Source: the human T2T-CHM13v2.0 reference genome, Homo sapiens
Direction: 5' to 3' (one strand)
NCBI RefSeq assembly: GCF_009914755.1
Contig: NC_060932.1
DNA length: 64,000 nucleotides
Both the position numbers and the translations under genes were made by a program. Positions 1 through 13,244 of this stretch are shown here, piece after piece (positions within the stretch are counted from its first letter, which is position 1; each line of letters begins with the position of its first letter). The notes below the pieces were generated by a model, which ran no database searches, was not told the origin of the DNA, and was given only the letters and a program-made list of their open reading frames with translations.

Positions 1-287
1 GCTCATGCCTGTAATCCCAGCACTTTGGGAGGCCAAGGCAGGTGGATCACGAGGTCAGGAGATCGAGACCATCCTGACTAACACCATGAAACCCCATCTC
101 TACTAAAAATACAAAAAACTATCCGGGCGTCGTGGCGGGCGCCTGTAGTCCCAGCTACTCAGGTGGCTGAGGCAGGAGAATGGCTTGAACCCAGGAGGGG
201 GAGCTTGCAATGAGCAGAGATGGCACCACTGCACTCCAGCCTGGGCAACAGAGGGAGACTCCGTCTCAAAAAAATAAATAAATAAAA
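1..287 (+). mobile_element. AluY-like SINE (5' end cut by window edge)
   Basis: GATCACGAGGTCAGGAGATCGAGACCATCCTG, GGCGGGCGCCTGTAGTCCCAGC, GAATGGC.TGAACCC, GAGCTTGCA, then A-rich tail (AAAT)n. Confidence 0.95.
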
Positions 288-452
288 TGACGTGCTTGTA
301 AATGAATCCATTCTCCACTTTTTCATTAATTCTGATGGATCTTCCTCAGACTGTACAAGACCACAGGGATTGCTGGTTTGTGTCTTTGGGCCCTGGAGGC
401 AGAGCAGAGCCCTTTAGACTTCATGGGTGAGGCTGAGACTGTGTTTCTGTAA

Positions 453-732
<280 letters not shown>

Positions 733-745
733 TACAGTTAATATT

Positions 746-1074
746 ATTATTATTATTTTTGAGATGGAGTCTCACTGTGTCGCCCAGGCTGGAGTAGAGT
801 GGCATAGTCTTGGCTCACTGCAACCTCTGCCTCCTGGGTTCAGGCTATTCTCCTGCCTCAGCCTCCCGAGTAGCGGGATTATAGGGTCATGCCTGACTAA
901 TTTGTGTGTGTTTTTTTGTTTTTTTGTTTGTTTGTTTGTTTTTTGGTTTTTTTTAGTAGAGACAGGGTTTCACCATGTTGGCCAGGCTGGTCTTGAACTC
1001 CTGACCTCAGGTGATCTGCCCGCCTTGGCCTCCTAAAGTGCTGGGATTACAGGCGGAAGCCACTGCACCTGGCC
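746..1074 (-). mobile_element. AluSx-like SINE with expanded (TTTG)n middle linker and TSD
   Basis: Reverse Alu ending ...CACCTGGCC at 1074; CTGACCTCAGGTGATC; TACAGTTAATATT duplicated at 733-745 and 1076-1088. Confidence 0.95.
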
Positions 1075-2611
1075 TTACAGTTAATATTCTTAAATTTAGT
1101 GATCGTCATTATTCATTCTTTTTAAAAACTCGTAGTAAAGACAGAACAACAACCACAGCAAAATGAACTAAGGTTCCCATAATAACGGGAGACGGCGGAA
1201 ATGTCGGGATGCCGCTTACGTATCGGGGTGTTTATGCAGAGCTGTGTTTCTGAGAAAGGCCGAACACAGATGCTCATGTACACACTTCGGTGGTTTGCTG
1301 AGAAATGTGGTAGAAGCTTTCAGGAAATGGCATGAAATAATGAAGGGTCTGATCCTCTGCAGCACTAACACTCTGAGTAGCTGTGTTATGAATTATGCGT
1401 GGAAGGCACTTTTCAGCCTTAGATCTGCAGGCAGAGTCCACATGCTGGGCACATGTGTGCTGCTCTCGTGATGACTTGGCTAAACTGCGACAGGCGACAG
1501 GTGACAAGCGACAAGCGACGAGTGGGAAGAAAAGTCTTCAGAAGGTGACAGATTCAAATGTATGCACCAAACTGGGCCCAGATCAGCCTGGAGTTCTCAA
1601 GAGATGTGAAGAAACCTTTATGGATTAAAAACAATGTCTTTTAGTCAGTCTTTAAAAGTATCTTTAATTTCTGAAATTGTTTCATGGAATGAAGTTTACT
1701 CTCAGTAATCGCACAAGTGCACCAGAGAGTGCTGCATTCCTGAAATTTCTGGCTGATTGAGATTAAATGGCATTTCATTTAGAATTCATACTCCATTTCA
1801 ATGTTTTATTAATTAATTGGTTAGATTCAGCTAGATCCGTTTTTCGAAGGTCATTTTAGACCAAAATATTATTTTTATGATTTCTGAAATTTTTCAAATC
1901 TATCATTTCTTCCCAAGAGTTTCATTTAGAGAGTGTGTGCATGTGTGTGCATGTTCAAAGAGCAAGTGAGTTCTATTTGGGGAAGTTCAATTCGGTAGAT
2001 GCTTACTGACTACTCCGTCCTGGTTCTGTGCCGGGTCCTGGGGTAGCCGAGGGGAATGAACATGGGCCCTAAGTGAGGTTGCCTTCTAACTGCAGAGACC
2101 ATGGGGGTGAATGAAGATGAGCCGTGCGTGAGGTCACCTTCTAACAGCAGAGACCCTGGGGCTTGGGGTGCATTAGCCCCGGCTGTACCTGCCTGAGCCC
2201 AAGTTAGCACTGCTGTGAGCCCTATCAAACTGGGGCTGGATTTTCCACCAAGTGTCTCATACCAAACAGGCCTAGGATATTTCAGAACCTTGTCTTCTAG
2301 CTCTGCTGAAGTGCACAACTCATTGCTGCAAGCTGCAGCCGCCCTGCCGTGCAGTAGAACCCCAGAGCTTCCTCTCCCCATCCGATTCACTTGCTTGTCT
2401 GACTGTGGCTGGGACTGAGTGAGCTGCGGACCCCAGGGACAGAACGGATGTCCATTAAAGTGGCTTTGCTCCATTTCCCATGTTTGTGGTGGGTCACAGT
2501 CCCTCATGTGGGGTCGAGGTTTCTTTGTATCTTGCCCCTGCGAGAGGTGTGGCTGTGGGAGTGAGGAGGTGGTGGCAGGAGCCAACAGGTGCTGGCCGTG
2601 GTGCTGACGCC

Positions 2612-3464
2612 CAGGGACTGAGTTCTGGGTGAGAGCACTACTTCACAGGGACTGAGTTCTGGGTGGGAGCACCGCTTCGCAGGGACTGAGTTCTGGGTGG
2701 GACTGAGTTCTGGGTGGGAGCACTACTTCACAGGGACTGAGTTCTGGGTGGGAGCACCGCTTCGCGGGGACTGAGTTCTGGGTGGGACTGAGTTCTGGGT
2801 GGGAGCACCTCTTCACAGGGACTAGTTCTGGGTGGGAGCACCGCTTCGCGGGGACTGAGTTCTGGGTGGGACTGAGTTCTGGGTGGGAGCACCACTTCAC
2901 GAGGACTGAGTTTTGGGTGGGAGCACCGCTTCACGGGGACTGAGTTCTGGGTGGGACTGAGTTCTGGGTGGGAGCACCGCTTCACAGGGACTGAGTTCTG
3001 TGTGGGAGCACCGCTTCACGGGGACCGAGTTCTGGGTGGGAGCACCGCTTCACGGGGACCGAGTTCTGGGTGGGACTGAGTTCTGGGTGGGAGCACCGCT
3101 TCATGGGGACTGAGTTCTGGGTGGGATTGAGTTCTGGGTGGGAGCGCCACTTCACCAGGACTGAGTTCTGGGTGGGAGCACCGCTTCATCGGGACCGAGT
3201 TCTGGGTGGGAGCACTGCTTCACGGGGACCGAGTTCTGGGTGGGACTGAGTTCTGGGTGGGAGCACAGCTTCACAGGGACTGAGTTCTGGGTGGGAGCAT
3301 CGCTTCACGGGGACTGAGTTCTGTGTGGGAGCACCACTTCATGGGGACTGAGTTCTGGGTGGGACTGAGTTCTGGGTGGGAGCGCCACTTCACCGGGACT
3401 GAGTTCTGGGTGGGAGCACCGCTTCATGGGGACTGAGTTCTGGGTGGGAGCACCGCTTCACAGG
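2612..3464. repeat. Minisatellite, 34-bp unit with interspersed 17-bp half units
   Basis: CAGGGACTGAGTTCTGGGTGGGAGCACCGCTTCA repeated, with extra GGGACTGAGTTCTGGGT units. Confidence 0.97.
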
Positions 3465-4571
3465 AGCGTGAAGAGACTGCAATGCCAGGGAGGACGGGCT
3501 GCTCCTAGCTGGCTTAGCTGCCTGCTGGGTACTCATGCACGCTTTCTTTCATCTGTGTTAATAATCAAATGGCCGTCACAGTGCACTGGGGGAAGTGGAT
3601 TCTTAGTCGACAGGTAGAAATGCAGCGATGTGGCACTGATGTGCTAGTTGAAGCCATACTGTGTGCCATAACTAAGGCCGCAAATTCCTTCAGAGGTCCT
3701 GGAAGCCACAGTGTCTGGGGTTATGCTGGTTGGGTGGGTTGGCTGCACAGTGTCCTCACACACCCGTTTCACAGCCCAGGGTGGGCTAGTGGGCAGGTCG
3801 CTGGCCTTTCCTACGGACTCGAGCCTGAAATGTGTCCGTCCCTCCCCTTTGCAAACCTGCCCTCCTTCCAGGCACCATGCCGGGCAAACAACAGACTCCT
3901 CCTGCCCAGGGAAGCCTTTTCTGATTTTTTAGGGACACGGATCTGGGCAGTGTTTGTAAACTCTTTGCGTTTAGAGTCTTTGCTGTTCATCCACCTCGGT
4001 GTTTAATAATATAATCCGTCTTGTGTTTTTCTTGGATGCTTCTTTTGTGTTAATCTCAGTTTGGTGTCAACATCTTGGGTATACGACAAACGTGGTAAAA
4101 ATATCCCGGATGTGAAAGATGACCCACTTATAGAAGGGTCCTTCCGACGTTTAAAACGTGTCTTGTTTTGCTTATGGGCTGGGCACACCTTCTCTCATAT
4201 CTCTGAGATACGTGTAAATCCAAGCACCTTTCTGGGATCTGTGAACAGGCAGGAGCAGAGGGAGAGTGGCTGTGGATCCCTCCTCTCAGGCCTGCAACCT
4301 TCCCAGTAGAGCAACACTGGGGTCAGGGAGCCATGTGTCAGCAAACAATCCCTAGGGAGCCACTGGGGAGGGCACAGCCACCTCCTGCCAACCCCCTGAA
4401 CAGCCCCAGGGTGGGCCAGGGCTGGCAGCACACGGCAGCGCCTTCTTTCTTTTGCTGGTGAACCAGTGTTGGGGTGCAGCCCTCTGTGAGGGGTTTCCAT
4501 GGCCTGGCACAGCCCATCCCCAACAGCCACCTTCCTTTGCTGCAGTCAATGTGTCCTGGTGTAGAAATGGG

Positions 4572-4980
4572 GGTGTGTGTGAGTGTGTGTGTGCGAATGT
4601 GAGCGTATTTGCGTTTATTTGCATTGTGTGCTTGTGATGGTTTGTGTGAGTGTGCCTGCATATGTGAGTATATGCATGTGTATATGTGTTTATATACATC
4701 TGTGTACACATATCTGCACGTGTGTCAGTGTGTGTGTGTCTGTATGCGAGGGTATATGCATGTATTGTGTGTGTGTATACATCTGTGTACACATATCTGC
4801 ACATGTGTGTTAGTGTGTGTCTGCATGTGTGAGTATATGCGTGTGTCAGTGTATATATGTCTGTGTACACATGTGTCTGCATGAGTATATGCATGTGTGT
4901 GTGTGAGCGTAGATACATCTGTGTACTCATATCTGCACGTGTGTGTCATTGTGCACACACTCCTACAGATGCACACACAC
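4572..4980. repeat. Degenerate (TG)n/(CA)n low-complexity tract
   Basis: Alternating purine-pyrimidine sequence with recurring TACATCTGTGTACACATATCTGCAC. Confidence 0.9.
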
Positions 4981-7900
4981 TTGCTATGACGGAGCTTCCC
5001 TGCCCCTGGCTGTCACACATGCCCTGAGAAGCACACTCACCCCCTCCAGGTCACACGTCTAAGTGACTGGCTGGCCTTTGGCCTCCACAGGCTCAACCTG
5101 CAGCCGCGAGGAGCACTCAGAATTCACGTCTGAGTCACTGGTGAGCTCAGCCTCACCTCTCACGCCCCAGACCTGGAAAAGCCATTGAGGCTGCAGGTAG
5201 CTCTCTAGGGTCCTGGACCATTCATAACCAAGCATCAGATCAGCGTAGCCGGGATGAATGAAAATACGTGGGCTTCTTGCTGGGTGCAGCAGACACGTGT
5301 GTTGAAAGCTCTGGGTGTGTCTGGGAGTGGGACCACTTGCTGATGTTTCCTCAGAGAGCCCCCAGCAGCAAGCCTACTCCCTTCCACAAGCATGTGGCCG
5401 CCTCGTCAGGCCCCCCTTCCTCGAATGGTGTGGAGCATCAGGGCAGGGGCAGCCCTGTGACACCGCCCGAGGTGTTGAAAGCGATGGTGTCTGGAGGAGG
5501 TCAGGCTCTTCATGCCTCCGGGCGGTCTGTTCCTCCTAAGCAGATGGACCTCCGGCTGCAGGCGTGAGCACAAGGAGAGAGATCAGGGACCATCCAGAAG
5601 CCTCCGCAGACTGTCTTCTGGCACATTACAGAGATGGAGGAAGGAGAAACCCACTGCTACCCTGGCCAGGGGAGCAGAGCCCATGGTAGGCCATGCAGAG
5701 CATGGCACCTCGAGTCTCAGGACACGGGGACGGGCAGGGCTGGGGTGTGGGCGTCTCCCTGTCTCCCTTCCCTGGGGAGGAGGAAGCAGAGGTTGAAGAG
5801 GTTTTGCTGCCATATTCTAATGTCCAGGGCCGTCTTCATTTATCCAACTGTGATCTCGTCCCTGACACTTTCCCATCCCGTCATCAGATTGTCTAAATAG
5901 CGATGTTTTGTGAGCTCTTCCACAGACAGGGGTTCACACCCCGTTTCTCCTCCCGTGAGTCCTGTGTGCAGGGTTTGTTCATCCGGACACCTCCATTGCC
6001 TGAGCACTGTGGAGCCCATATCAAGCCCTCATAATAGGCAGCGACTGTGGCGTGAGAAAGGCACTCGGAGGTAATTTGTGTGCCGATGTAACCGCGGGCT
6101 CTCCAGGCAGGTCTGGACTTGCATATGTGAGACTCGTCTCAAATTCAGTTTCATATGGTTCTCACCTATTCTCATACCCAATTTTAATGGGGAACTTTCT
6201 TTAGAGGAGGTAAGACACAGGGTGGTCCATCTCCACCCGAACTTATCTAGCAGAGCAGGTGGAACAGAAGCTCAGATCTAGCAGAGCAGGGGGAACAGAA
6301 AGTCAGATCCCAGGTGCATCCTTGCCTCCCATCTGAGGCTCAGCCCTGGGCTGCTGAAGGCGCATATGCGGTGGCACAGGGGCCAACACGGCGAGAGCCA
6401 CGTGCTCCGCAACTGAGGGCACCATGCCGGGGAAGAGGCTTCCTTGCGTGAGGAAGGCCCACAGAGTCCAGATTTCACTGAGAGACCCCTGTGCCCCTGA
6501 GAGCCCCAAACAGCTCATGCCTGGACTGGAAAGAGTGACACACAGTGATGCCAGTGAGTCTGAGAGCTCCTCAGTGAGGTTCTGGACATTCTGATGGGCT
6601 GCCTTGAAAGCAAAGGAAATGTTTCCTGTGATGAAAATCAACAGCTTTTGGCTGCACACCTGAGCTGGTTAAGCTGAGAAGCCATGGCAGTCAGCATTTG
6701 CCACCCCATGCAGCCCTGGCAGCTCCCTTAGAGCCATCACTGTGACCCAGCGTTCCTGGCGTCGGCCCTCATCCACCTGTCACCAACCCAAAAATGACAT
6801 CAACAAAACCAACCACATCAAATGGTGGATATGTCAAGGAGTCGGTGAATTTTCTGTAAATATGTGCTGTGGGAACGTGCTGTGGATTTCTCAGGCCTAC
6901 TTTTCGTTCCACTAAATCTTCTGTAAAAGCCACTGGTATGATTCCTAAAGCTGCTTCCAGTGAGGAAGTCACGCAGATGTGAGTGTGAGAGGTGGGCCCT
7001 TCCCCACCTGCCCTCGACCCCCCCAGTGGAGACATGCACCCACCGTGGGCCATGCATGGACTCCGGTGGGATGACCAGTGTGGCATCCACGTCGGCATTC
7101 TCGGCACTCCAGGGTAAACACCTCCACAGCAGCCAGGCCGTGTGCCTTCTGTAGCACCACATGGAAGCTATTTCTCATACCACCGAGAAGCCATAATGTA
7201 ACATGGTAAATACATGATACATGTGTTGACACGCTGTAAAGGAAGAGACACGAAATTGCCTCACTAACACGGCTGTCTTGCCTCTCTCGCCTCTTTCCTC
7301 TGAATGTTCTTTCTTCTCCTCCCCGCCTTGGCCCTCCCTGCGGGGCACAAGTTTGCCATCTCCCATCAGGCAGTATCCCGGGACCCAGCCCTCGCAGGCA
7401 CTTCCAGCAGGCCTTAAAAACACAGAAATCTTATAAGCATCTAAGTAAATCGTAGCTGTTGCTGCATTGTCTAGAAATTCAGGGCAAACCATAGTTCTAG
7501 GAACCATGGTCTGACGTTTCTGCAGAAGGGAACTCCTCATCCAAGACACGGTGGTTGAGTCACTGCCCAGATAATTTCTGGATTTCTTGGGAGCGACAAA
7601 GCAGAGGTAGTGTGGCCTTTCTCTCTCAGTCTACACCGAAGCCATCAGGAGGCTTCGAGCTCCAAACCAGCTGTGACCAGAAGGCTGGACTCTTTAGGGC
7701 GGCCTAATGAGGATGCTGCTGGAGAAACAACCTTCAGCTGGTCACTGTGGACAACGAATTTAGAAAATCGAGTTTGGCATTACATTTTCACTCTAAGACA
7801 GTCCTGTTCACACTCAGCAACACATGAGTGTGTTCTGTGGGCTGACACTATGCTGTGTCCAGAGACCCAAAACCAAACGGGACAGTGTGCTTCCTCTGGA

Positions 7901-8296
7901 GGAATGGGTAATAATCACGTTGCAATATCGGACATGATGGCCCAGAAAGACGTGCCAACTGCTAAATGAGCTCAGAGGAGGAGGGCGATTGTTGGTAGGG
8001 CAGGGTGCGGTGCTGGGTGGAAGTTTCTGGAAGCAGGGAAGCTTTGGACTGGTCATGACGTATGAGTAGGAGTTTGATGGATGGAGGAAAAGTCGAGAGC
8101 AATCCAGGAAGAACACATATTGTCTGTGCAGGACGCAGGACGCCCAGGGAACCCTGAGTATGATTTATGTGTTTTGTTGCTATGTTTATTTATGTCCTTC
8201 CTTGTTCCAGAGTGGGTTTATTGTGGTGCAATAAAACAAGTTTCAGATAAATAAGAAAATGTGGCTAAAAGGAAACTAAGGGAAGCAAAGTGTGGC

Positions 8297-8383
8297 AGAG
8301 CCGGGGCTGCGCGTGGTGACGCGGGAGGCATCAGGACCCTAGAGCCGGGGCTGCGCGTGGTGACGCGGGAGGCATCAGGGCCC
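8297..8383. repeat. Two-copy 44-bp tandem duplication, CpG-rich
   Basis: AGAGCCGGGGCTGCGCGTGGTGACGCGGGAGGCATCAGG at 8297 and 8341. Confidence 0.92.
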
Positions 8384-9279
8384 ATAGAACTGGGGCTTTG
8401 TGCTTTTTCCGGTAAAGAGCTCCAGGGGGGAAAACATCACAATATAAAGAAACTCTGAGCGGTGCTGGGCGTTCAGCCCGTCTCATGTCAAGCCTGGTCC
8501 TCCACATGTGCAGTCTTGGCTGCTGCATCCAAGACCACCCTGTTCCTCCCCACATTGGTGACCCCATGGGTCCCTCCTTTCTGTGGATTCGTTCTGAGCA
8601 TTAAATAATGTATTCAATGAATGGTTTTGAATGTAACTATTTTTGTTAACTGGATTTATTTTGAAGATGCTGATTCAATGCTAGCATGGAAACAGTCAAG
8701 CAACTCTGAGATCTGAAGCACCTTCGTTCTGGGAAGAAAGGGTGGAAGTGAAGAAGGGAGAGGGGTGGTGAGAGAAAGGAAGGAAAGAGCTGGAGGAAAA
8801 GTGGCGAGGAGGAGGAGGAAAGGCACCGTGCATCCACAGGCTGTCAAGAACCGGCCGGTAGAAGTCTGGGCTCTTTCCCTCGTCTTTACAGACGTCCGTT
8901 ATGAGGACGTTCCAGTGTGCCACTGAAACACACGCAACTCTGTGCCGGAAGCCTTTCCCAGCACAGGAAGGACTTTGGCTGGGGTCTGGGCTTGGCACAA
9001 CTGGTTCAGACTAGTCACAGGGGCCTGGACACCAGCAGCCTCTGTGGCTTCTGCACCTCCGATGCATCTGGAACAGGCTGGGGCCCCTCAAGGAACGTGT
9101 CTTGCTTCTGTTGAGCCACTCTTTTCTCACCCCTAAATAAGACAGATGCATTCAGTGACCTCTCAGCTTACTAGTGAAAGCAGTGGGCTCCTCTCACCCT
9201 CTTTTAATAAACTACTTAAGAGCTGTTGTTCATTTAATACATACACACATTTTTCCTAATGTTTACTGCAAAGGAATTT

Positions 9280-9400
9280 AAGGAGTAGTTAAAAGGTATT
9301 GATTCTGGAATCAGAAAAACATGCTTTTCACTAGCAAAATGACATTGAGCAATTCATATTTTCTAAGTACAAGTTATCCCACCCTAAAATGAAGATATTA
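9280..9400 (+). mobile_element. MIR fragment
   Basis: GGAGTAGTTAAAAGG...TTCTGGAATCAGA...TGACATTGAGCAA...TAAAATGAAGATA resembles the MIR 5'/core. Confidence 0.5.
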
Positions 9401-9535
9401 TTGACCATATGGGAGTGAGGAGCAGAGGCAATGAGTCTCTAGAATAGTCATTGGTGATCAGTACATAGTAACCAGTAATGACAGTGTGTGACATGATGAG
9501 AAGATAGAGAGGAGGAGGAGGTGAAGAAGAAATAG

Positions 9536-10833
9536 ATAATGATGATGATGAGGATGATAATGGTGGTGAGAATGATGGTGATGATGGTGGTGATGATGAT
9601 GATGGTGGTGGTGAGAATGATGGTGATGATGGTGATGATGATGAGGATGATGGTGGTGGTGAGAATGATGGTGATGATGGTGGTGATGATGAGGATGATG
9701 GTGGTGGTGGCGATGGTGATGATGAGGATGATGTGATGGTGAGAATGATGGTGATGATGGTAATAGTGAGGATGATGGGGGTGAGGATGACAGTGATGAT
9801 GATGGTGATGGTGAGGATGATGGTGATGATGGTGATGGTGAGGATGATGGTGATGATGATGGTGATGGTGATGATGTTGATGGTGATGATGGTGATGATG
9901 TTGATGGTGATGATGGTGATGGTGAGAATGATGGGGATGAGGATGATAGTGGTGATGAGGATGGCGATGGTGATGCTGATGATAGTGATGATGGTGCTGG
10001 TGATGATGATGGTGATGGTGATGATGGTAAGGATGATGGGAAAGAGAATGATATTGGTGATGAGGATGGTGATGGTGATGCTGATGACAGTGATGATGGT
10101 GATGATGAGGATGATGGTGGTGATGATGATGATGGTGATGCTGATGATGGTGATGGTGAGGATGATGGTGATGGTGAGAATGATGGTGATGATGTGACGG
10201 TGAGGATGATGGTGGTAGTGAGGATGATGGTGAGAATGATGGTGAGGAAGATGGTGGTGAGGATAATGGTGATGGTGAGAATGATGGTGAGGATGATGGT
10301 GGTGAGGATAATGGTGATGGTGAGGATGATGACGGTGAGAATGATGATGGTGATGGTGAGGATGATGGTGGTAGTGAGGATGATAATGGTGAGAATGACG
10401 GTGAGGGTGATGGTGGTGAGGATAATGGTGATGGTGAGGATGATGACAGTGAGGATGATGATGATGGTGAGGATGATGGTGGTGAGGATAATGGTGATGA
10501 TGAGGATGATGGTGGTGAGGATAATGGTGATGGTGAGGATGATGACGGTGAGAATGAAGATGATGGTGATGGTGACGATGATGGTGGTAGTGAGGGTGAT
10601 GATGGTGAGAATTATGGTGAGGATGATGGTGGTGAGGATGGTGATGGTGATGCTGATGACTGATGATGTTGATGGTGATGGTGATGATGATGATGGTGAT
10701 GATGGTGAGAATGGTGAGGATGATGGGGATGGGGATGATAGTGGTGATGAGGATGATGATGGTGATGCTGATGATAGTGATGATGATGATGATGATCATA
10801 ATGGTGGTGGTGATGAAGAGGAGGAGGAAGATG
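9536..10833. repeat. (GAT/GGT/GAG)n imperfect trinucleotide tract, about 1.3 kb
   Basis: Almost C-free top strand of GAT, GGT and GAG triplets; source of the Met/Val-, His- and Ile-rich ORFs. Confidence 0.97.
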
Positions 10834-10884
10834 GCATGCTTGGGTTCCTCATTGATTCATGCATTAATTCATCCCCCCAAAAAA

Positions 10885-11900
10885 TGGTTAGGCAGTGGTT
10901 TCTTAGATGTGACACCAAAAGCATAAGCAACACAAGGATAAAAACAGACAAACTTTATTGACATCTTTCGTGCTTCAAAAGACACAATCTAGAAAGTGAA
11001 AATACAACCGATAAAATGGTAGAAAATATCTGCAAATCAGTTATCTGAGAAGACTCTAGTGTCTGGGTTATATAAAGAATTCTTCCAATTCAGTGAAAAA
11101 GACCAGTCAAATTAAAAATGGGCAAAATACTTGAATAAACAGTTCTCCAAAGAAGGCCTGCAAATGTTCCACTAAGTACAGGGAAGCTCAACATCATGAG
11201 TCGTTACAAAAATTCAAATCAAAACCAAGATGAGATGCAATTGCATTCCCACTAGGACGGCTGTCACTGAAGAATGGACAATGACAAGTATTGCTGAGGA
11301 CTGGAGAAACCAGGCCCTTCAGAGACAGCCCATGGGCACGTAAAATGGTGCAGCCATGTGGTTTAGTTAGGAAATTCCACACAAAGTTAAACAGACAGTT
11401 ACCTTATGACCCAGTGTGTGTATTCCTAAGCATTCATCCCAGAGAAATGAAGACGTATGTCTACACAGAAACTCACACACAAGTGTCCACAGCAGCATTG
11501 CTTAGCCAGAAAATGGAAACAGCAGATGTTCCCCATTAGCCCATCTGCTGGCCAAGGGATAAAGTGCAGGCCACACGTATGATGGAGCCCACACCACATA
11601 CAGATGCAAATATTATGTGAAATGAGAGAAGCCAGACTCAAGTCCACCTACTGCATGATTCTATTTATATGAAATGTCCAGGACAGGCAAATCTGTAGAG
11701 ACAGAAACTAAATTGCCTGGGTCTGGGGGCAGGAAGGAAGGAGTAACTGCTGATTGATACAGAATATGTTTTGGGGTGATGCAAATCCTTTGAAATTACA
11801 TAGCGGTGATTCTTGCACACCTTTGTGAATATATAAAACCACCAAGTTGTAAACCTTGAAAGAGTAAATTTTATATCTTAATTATGTCTTTATTTTAAAA
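10885..11900 (+). mobile_element. Old L1 (L1MB-type), ORF2 3' end plus 3'UTR
   Basis: TTTCTTAGATGTGACACCAAAAGCA...GAAAATATCTGCAAATC...; 3'UTR TACTGCATGATTCTATTTATATGAAATGTCCAGGACAGGCAAATCTGTAGAGACAGAAA. Confidence 0.9.
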
Positions 11901-12041
11901 ATCTAAAACAAACCAAAAACTAAAGACACGATCTGTACAGTATCAGGAGCATACGGTCCCATAATGGGGAGAGAGTGAGCCCAGGACACGTTGCAGGATG
12001 AGGTACGCACCCTGTGGAGACTGAACGGGAAGTACCATGGT

Positions 12042-12670
12042 GTCAGGACCTGGGAGAGAATGCAGTGACCTAAGGGAAGTGTCAGGACCTGGCAGGGAAT
12101 GCAGTGACTTCAGTGAGGCGTCAGGACCTGGCAGGGAATGCAGTGACCTCAGTGAGGCGTCAGGACCTGGCAGGGAATGCAATGACCTCAGTGAGGCGTC
12201 AGGACCTGGCAGGGAATGCAGTGACCTCAGTGAGGCGTCAGGACCTGGCAGGGAATGCAGTGACCTAAGGGAAGTGTCAGGACCTGGCAGGGAATGCAGT
12301 GACCTCAGTGAGGCATCAGGACCTGGCAGGGAAGGCAGTGACCTCAGCGTGGCGTCAGGACCCGGGAGGGAATGCAGTGACCTCAGTGAGGCATCAGGAC
12401 CCGGGAGGGAAGGCAGTGACCTCAGCGAGGCGTCAGGACGTGTGAGGGAAGGCAGTGACCTCAGTGAGGCGTCAGGACCCGGGAGGGAATGCAGTGACCT
12501 CAGCGAGGCGTCAGGACCCGGGAGGGAATGCAGTGACCTCAGTGAGGCATCAGGACCCGGGAGGGAATGCAGTGACCTCAGTGAGGCATGAGGACCCGGG
12601 AGGGAATGCAGTGACTTCAGTAAGGCGTCAGGACCCTGGAGGGAATGCAGTGACCTCAGTGAGGCATCAG
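12042..12670. repeat. Minisatellite, 39-bp unit, about 16 copies
   Basis: TCAGGACCTGGCAGGGAATGCAGTGACCTCAGTGAGGCG repeated; gives 13-aa periodic ORFs. Confidence 0.97.
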
Positions 12671-13244
12671 CAAGAAGGTGATTCCTGGGACAGCCTCGGG
12701 AGCCTGGAGCACACAGGGACCCTCCCTTGGTGAGCTCCATTCTGGAACCGCAGCACTGTCCCCTGACACCCCCAGTGGGAACAAGCTTCCGTGTCACGTA
12801 AGTAGTCTTCAGTATTTCTCAGTGTATTATTTTTTTCCATGTTTTCTGATGTAGAATCTGTAACAGGAGCTTCACATGGGTTATCTCATGTAATCCTGTG
12901 CATTCTTTTGGCCATTGTGACCTTCGTTTAATAGGGGGATCCGGAGTCTCAGAGGCGAAGTCTCACCCGGGCGCATCAGGGCAGAGGAGCCACCTGCCCT
13001 GCGCTGTGTGTTCCTAGATCCAGATACTCCAAATAGCATGGAAGGCGATGGCTCAGCACTGCTGGAAGGAATTCTCTAGGAGAAGCTCTGATAATAGATA
13101 AAAGGTGGAACTTATTTTTTTATCTCTGGGATCCTGTGATTCAAAGACAAAATATGTGTATATTGACAGGAAGCTGTGCAAACAGCTAGTATCGTGATCT
13201 TGCTTAAATGTACATGAGAAAATCATTCAAATACCTTATGTTTA

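Noticed and set aside
9384-10961. Poly-His / poly-Met / acidic proteins
   Set aside because: Translations of a (GAT/GGT)n simple repeat
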